A stretch of 64,000 nucleotides of DNA. Origin: Hypanus sabinus. Lineage: Eukaryota. The notes beneath the pieces are model-generated. The model was given only the letters and a program-made list of their open reading frames with translations, did no database searches and had not been told where the DNA came from. Location: the NCBI RefSeq assembly GCF_030144855.1, contig NC_082722.1:28892001-28956000 (forward strand), written 5' to 3'. Numbering within the stretch: position 1 is the stretch's first letter; every line of letters starts with the position of its first letter. Shown here in pieces: positions 59,301 through 64,000 of the stretch. Made by a program: the position numbers and the translations under genes.

Positions 59301-59940
59301 CTCAAATTCCCTTTACAGAACCTTTTTCTTTGTACATTCTCGATACCCAAAAGGTACATGGCAACTGCATCTTTCCCTTCCCACTCCAAATTCTTTAGCA
59401 GATCAGATTAGATATCCAAATTTGGGCACTGGATAAATAACCCATCTGCAGGATTCTTGGTCCTTGCCACAGAGAATTGTATCTATTCACCTGACTATAC
59501 TATCCCCAATTATAACTACATTTATTTTTCTCTCCCCTCTTGAATGGCTTCCTGGCCCATGTTTCATCATCCTTCCTATAGCCTCCACTCCCATTCAAAC
59601 AGGGAGCAAGAATCTCAGATCTGTTAAACAAGCTCAGAACTGATACTCCTCCAGCACTACCTCTTGAATCCTCCAGCTGTCTCACTCACGGTCACACCCT
59701 GCTGTCCCTGACCACAGACTGAATTTGAAGTAATTAATCTAAAAGCTGTGATGGAAACACAGGTGTCTAGGTAACCCTGTCCCTCCCTGATGCATCACAT
59801 TATTTGAAACTCAGAATCCAGATTATCAACTTTGAGCCTAAATTCTTCAAGTACCCAACACTTGCTGGAGATGTTGTCACCAGGACCACAATGGGGACCT
59901 GCAGCCCACACATCATGTACAATTACCTAATCCTGCATCC
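56312..59940 (-). mobile_element. CR1 LINE with nested retroposons (~56393-57115 and 58243-58457)
   Basis: FRTEMRNFFNQRSINLWNTLPQFAVEAESLGIFKVEVDRFL; DHNLTEF; ORF1-like LFNRSEILAPC. Confidence 0.85.
58243..58457 (+). mobile_element. Bipartite RTE-like non-autonomous retroposon
   Basis: GGGTTGGGCATGGGGCTAGCAACCCCATCCTGTAAAAA 5' motif fused to an RTE-like 3' end; ATGACCAT duplication at 58235-58242 / 58458-58465. Confidence 0.55.
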
Positions 59941-60899
59941 ATACTTTAATTAGTTGTAATATGGTGACTTGTTATTTAATTGTTATATAAAAACATTACG
60001 TTAGCTACTCTTTTCTCACGGATGCTGCCCAGCCTGCTGAGTTCTTCCAGCGTGTACGTATTCTTCAACAGTCCTGCCTGCTACTCACCTTGCCAAAGCC
60101 TCTGATTTCCTCTCATACACTGGCCCACTCACACAATGGCCACTCCACTTTTCCCTACTTTCCTTTCACTTACTGAGTTGTCACACACTTAGCCAATCAC
60201 ATAATTGAAGAACAGCAGCTTGCTCCTCCCTTCTGAAAAAAGGTCAGGGTGACTGAAGGGATGCCAGTCAAATAGAGCTACTTTATGCAAATGGTGTTGC
60301 ACTCCTCATCCTTTTAAGTGGAGAGAACTCTATACTCCTAACTTGAAGTCAGAAAGTGAGACTGCTAAACTTGGGGATGAAGATCTTCATCCATTAGCTC
60401 AGAATCCCACTGTTTGCATCTGGGAAAAGGAAGATAAACCAAGGAGTTACAGCTACAATCAGAGTGATTCTATTCAAGGAAGGTGACAAATACAGCTAAA
60501 ATTAGAGAGGTTTCCCTGCTGTCTGTGACAGGGGAAGTCACTGCCAGAGTCCTTCACAAACATTTCCTCTCAGTGGCCTAAGAGATGCTTCCTAAATTAT
60601 AATGTGATGTTTCCATCCGTCTAGGAGGCATAGTGGACATGAATCTCACAACTCTGATCAAGCCTGGATAAATACTATGATGGGATCTGAACCCAAGGTA
60701 ATACAGGTGAAGACTAAAGTGGTTACAGGTTCGAAAATGTTACTTAATAATACCAATATCAATGATTTTCAAGCCTTTGTGGATGATCGAGGGGAGACCA
60801 AATGGGTGGTAATTAGTCAAATTGAACTTGCCCTGCATTTGTGAACAAAATATACTGGGCAATTTATTCATACCATCAGAAAGATGCCAGTCTTTAAAC

Positions 60900-60976
60900 C
60901 AAGGGTTCCTAGCCTTTTTTTATGCCATGGACCCCTACCATTAACTGAGTCTGTGGCCCCAAGTTGAGAACCCCTG
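60900..60976. mobile_element. hAT miniature element
   Basis: CAAGGGTTCCTAGC...GTTGAGAACCCCTG with 8-bp TSD CTTTAAAC/TTTTAAAC. Confidence 0.7.
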
Positions 60977-60986
60977 TTTTAAACTA

Positions 60987-61305
60987 TGAGGGGTGATTAA
61001 TAAGTTCGTAGCCTAAGGTAGAAGGAGTCAATTTTAGAAAACCTAGCGCATTTATTTTTCCTACATTTACACACTTAGTCCAGCGGTCGTGGAGCCCTCC
61101 TTTGTAGAAGTCAGCGTCTTGGACCTCCAGAAGAGGTCCACAGCATGGGGTGATTGATAAGTTCATGGCCTAAGATAGGAGGAGATATCTTAACTTCAAA
61201 CTTCCTGCATTTTCATTCAAAGAGTTTACATGCACGTGCATGTAATGAGAGCGGTATAACTCATCTCCTTCTACCCTAGGCCACGAACTTATCAATCACT
61301 TCATG
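60987..61305. mobile_element. mariner-like MITE
   Basis: ~40-bp TIRs TGAGGGGTGATTAATAAGTTCGTAGCCTAAGGTAGAAGGAG / CTCCTTCTACCCTAGGCCACGAACTTATCAATCAC, TA-flanked. Confidence 0.8.
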
Positions 61306-61712
61306 TATACTGGAACAGCCTGGCTAGAGACTCATAGTCTGGAGTCCTCAGATATTGTCTAGTCCCATAATATTGTCGTATCCAGTGTTGTCAGTCATTT
61401 CCTGATATCATGCAAAGCAAGTTAAACTAATGAAGACTGTTTTCTGTGATGATGGGAATCTTGGGTAAATGCGGTTTTATTTACAAGTAAACATGATGAG
61501 GAGGATAGAAATTTATCCACTCCATGCAGTTTAGAATACATCTGGTCCTGTCCTGTAGCTTTAGTAGCTTAGTTCCTCATTTTTAGGTAAGCCTGGAGCT
61601 ACTCAACAAATCCTTCTATACTCAGTATCATGCCATGCCATGTGGATGCACACTTTTCTCAAAAAGACCGGAAATACTAATATCTATAAACTGAATCTTA
61701 ACTTTTAAGATA

Positions 61713-62176
61713 CACTCAATGGTCACTCCTGTACCTAATGAAGTGGCCCACTGAGCGTCTTCCTGTATGCTTGTGGTCTTCTGCATACCACTATTGTAAC
61801 GCATAACTTGAGTTACTGTCGTCTTCCTGTCAGCTTGACCAGCCTTGCCATTCTCCTCTGATCTCTTATTAACAAGGCGTTTTCACCCACAGAACCAGAC
61901 TTACTGGGGATTTCCTTGTTTATTGCATAATTTTCTGTAAACTCCAGAGACTATTGTGTGTGAAAATCCCAAGAGATACTCAGTTTACCCTATCTGGCAT
62001 CAAACATTCTACAGTCAAAGTCACTTAGATTATGTTTCTTCCCCATTCTGATGTTTGGTCTGAACACCAACTGAACCTATTGACCATGGCTGTATGCCTT
62101 TATGCATTGATTTGCTGCCGTGATTAATTGATTAGCATTAACAAGTATATAGGTGTAACTCATAAAATGGCCAATA
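61713..62176. mobile_element. Tc1-like non-autonomous element
   Basis: CACTCAATGGTCAC..TGTACCTAATGAAGTGGCCCACTGAG left end and decayed TGTAACTCATAAAATGGCCA right end. Confidence 0.55.
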
Positions 62177-63279
62177 TTTGTTGTATACTAACCAAATGGG
62201 CAAAGTTTGAAGTTACATTTCTACATTATACTACAAAATTTTGGTCTCATATCACACTTCTGCAAATACCTTTGAAATTCTGCTTTATCATATTACTTCG
62301 CAGTTTCTGTAAGTGTCATTTTAGTCAAGAACAGGCATGCAGTTTTTAAAATATCTGTTCAGGTCCACTTAGCTAAAATCACTAATTGCAAAACACCTAC
62401 TGATCCTGCCTAGTCCCCTTTAAGTGATATCAATCTAAATTTAAGTCCAGTGTTTTTACCAAAATGTCTAAAATCTAGCACACTATACCAAACTTCACCA
62501 TTACATTTAATCCCTTCCTCATCAGTACAACCTTGGATTAGCAATCCATTCACCCAAATTAAAAGTGTACTGTTAACACAAGCAGAAATATAATCAGTTA
62601 ATAATACCTAGAGAACTACAATCAGATACAAATTATTTTTTCCTCAATGGAAAATAAATAGCACTAAATGTAGTTATATTTCATTAAGATGGTTTAAAGC
62701 TCCACATATTTCAAATATATTTAAGGATCACTACATGTAAACAAATGCCAGAACAATATTCCAAAACCAAAGAAATATTACCAGCTAGTTTTTTTGAATC
62801 GCAAATTTAAAGAACCTTTTCCCCAACTGTTAAACTCTTCAATAGGAATACTGTGTTTATAGCCATGTTAATTCCAAAACAAGAACCCAAAATAGCTCCA
62901 TTTAGAACATCAAGTGATATAACTACTTCTTAGTAATGTAATAAAATATTAGCCAAGATTAATGCTCAAGCTGAAATTTGTATCTGCATATTTTAACACT
63001 TACTGGTAATGTTAACATTTACAAGAACCTAACAACCAAACACTATGTTGCTGAAATTTCTAATTCACCCATCTGAAGTATCTGAACATTTCAGGAAAAA
63101 TTCACATCAGTACAGTGAGCCTCAAGTATCTACAGTTTTACTGAAACATCAACTCAACTAAACTCACTAATGTTTTGTTAATTCTTTCCAAAGTCATTGT
63201 TTCCATTAGTACAAACTTCTCACATATTCTAATGCAATTTTGGTGGACGTCAGACTTTTGAAAGAAAAACAGAAAGTAA

Positions 63280-63900
63280 GAGATATACAGGCCAGAAAGC
63301 CTACAAGAGAAAGGGAAAGGAATTTAATATTGTGGATCAATTATCCTTCATGACTTTATAAAAAAAACCTGTGTCCTATGTTGCAAGAGAGGCAGGGTTG
63401 GAGGGAACTAAGATGTCTTACAATAAAGGTGAAGACCAAGATTGTCCAGGTGGCAACTACTTTCAAGGCCATATTAATAAAAATGAGGGCAATTGGAAAG
63501 AAACAATGTCCATCTAGAATTGTAGAGTGCAGAACAAAGCAGTTTTTGGAATTTGAAATAAAAGAAACCAGTAGAGCAGGCAGTAGAGTTCACAAAATAT
63601 TACCTGAACTTAACAGTAGGAAAGGGTCGTTAGCTGAAATTATTGAATTCCATATGGAATCCTATATGGCTACAATATACCTCGACCCAAATACGAGGTA
63701 TGGTTCCTATGTTGAACTTCATTGGAAGTGAACAAAGAACCAAAAATCAGAGGTTAGAGTTAGTGACAGGTACCTGGAATCTCTGGGTCAACCCTGCAGA
63801 TTAAATATAGGTGTTCTGCAAAGAAGTCACCCAATGTGTATTGGTGTGCTTTTTCAAATGTGTCTTTCTTCCCCACCCTCCCAGTGGTCAGAAATTATTT
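63280..63900 (-). mobile_element. Very old PLE fragment
   Basis: Residual similarity to the GIY-YIG region and tail of 648-1682 (e.g. GAAGTCACCCAATGTGTATTGG). Confidence 0.4.
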
Positions 63901-64000
63901 GGGTGCACTTCCTGTCACCTGCAACTAAAATCCCAAATTATAACTTTACTTTAGCAAAAAGAATTCCTCAGCTCACACTAAATCTTTTACCCTCACATTA

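Noticed and set aside
50252-64000. Upstream NUTF2 exons (e.g. ..QDHQPTPDSCI.SMVVGQLK)
   Set aside because: Not found by manual scan; probably beyond the right edge, though a miss cannot be excluded
1-64000. CRISPR arrays, rRNA or prokaryotic systems
   Set aside because: No regularly spaced repeats or operon-like ORF density; this is intron-rich vertebrate DNA

Overview
Eukaryotic (vertebrate) genomic DNA. The repeat complement (CR1, Rex1/Babar, Penelope-like elements, V-SINE, L1) looks like a cartilaginous fish, probably a ray; this taxon call is inference. The minus strand carries the first 12 coding exons of EDC4 (ATG at 34928 in a CpG island; the gene runs off the left edge) and the last coding exon of NUTF2 (50251-50138). 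This matches the NUTF2->EDC4 order I recall for human. EDC4 splice phases chain without a break. EDC4 intron 5 has a minor-spliceosome-like donor (GTATCCT). Much of the rest is decayed, often nested transposable elements. The most interesting non-genic signal is a family of Penelope-like element (PLE) tails carrying a minimal type-I hammerhead ribozyme motif. It occurs in at least seven copies, including short fold-back (palindromic) non-autonomous forms, and its catalytic core decays almost entirely at three CpG sites. The NUTF2 3' region also shows unannotated splice and poly(A) architecture. All coordinates were read by hand and no searches were run.
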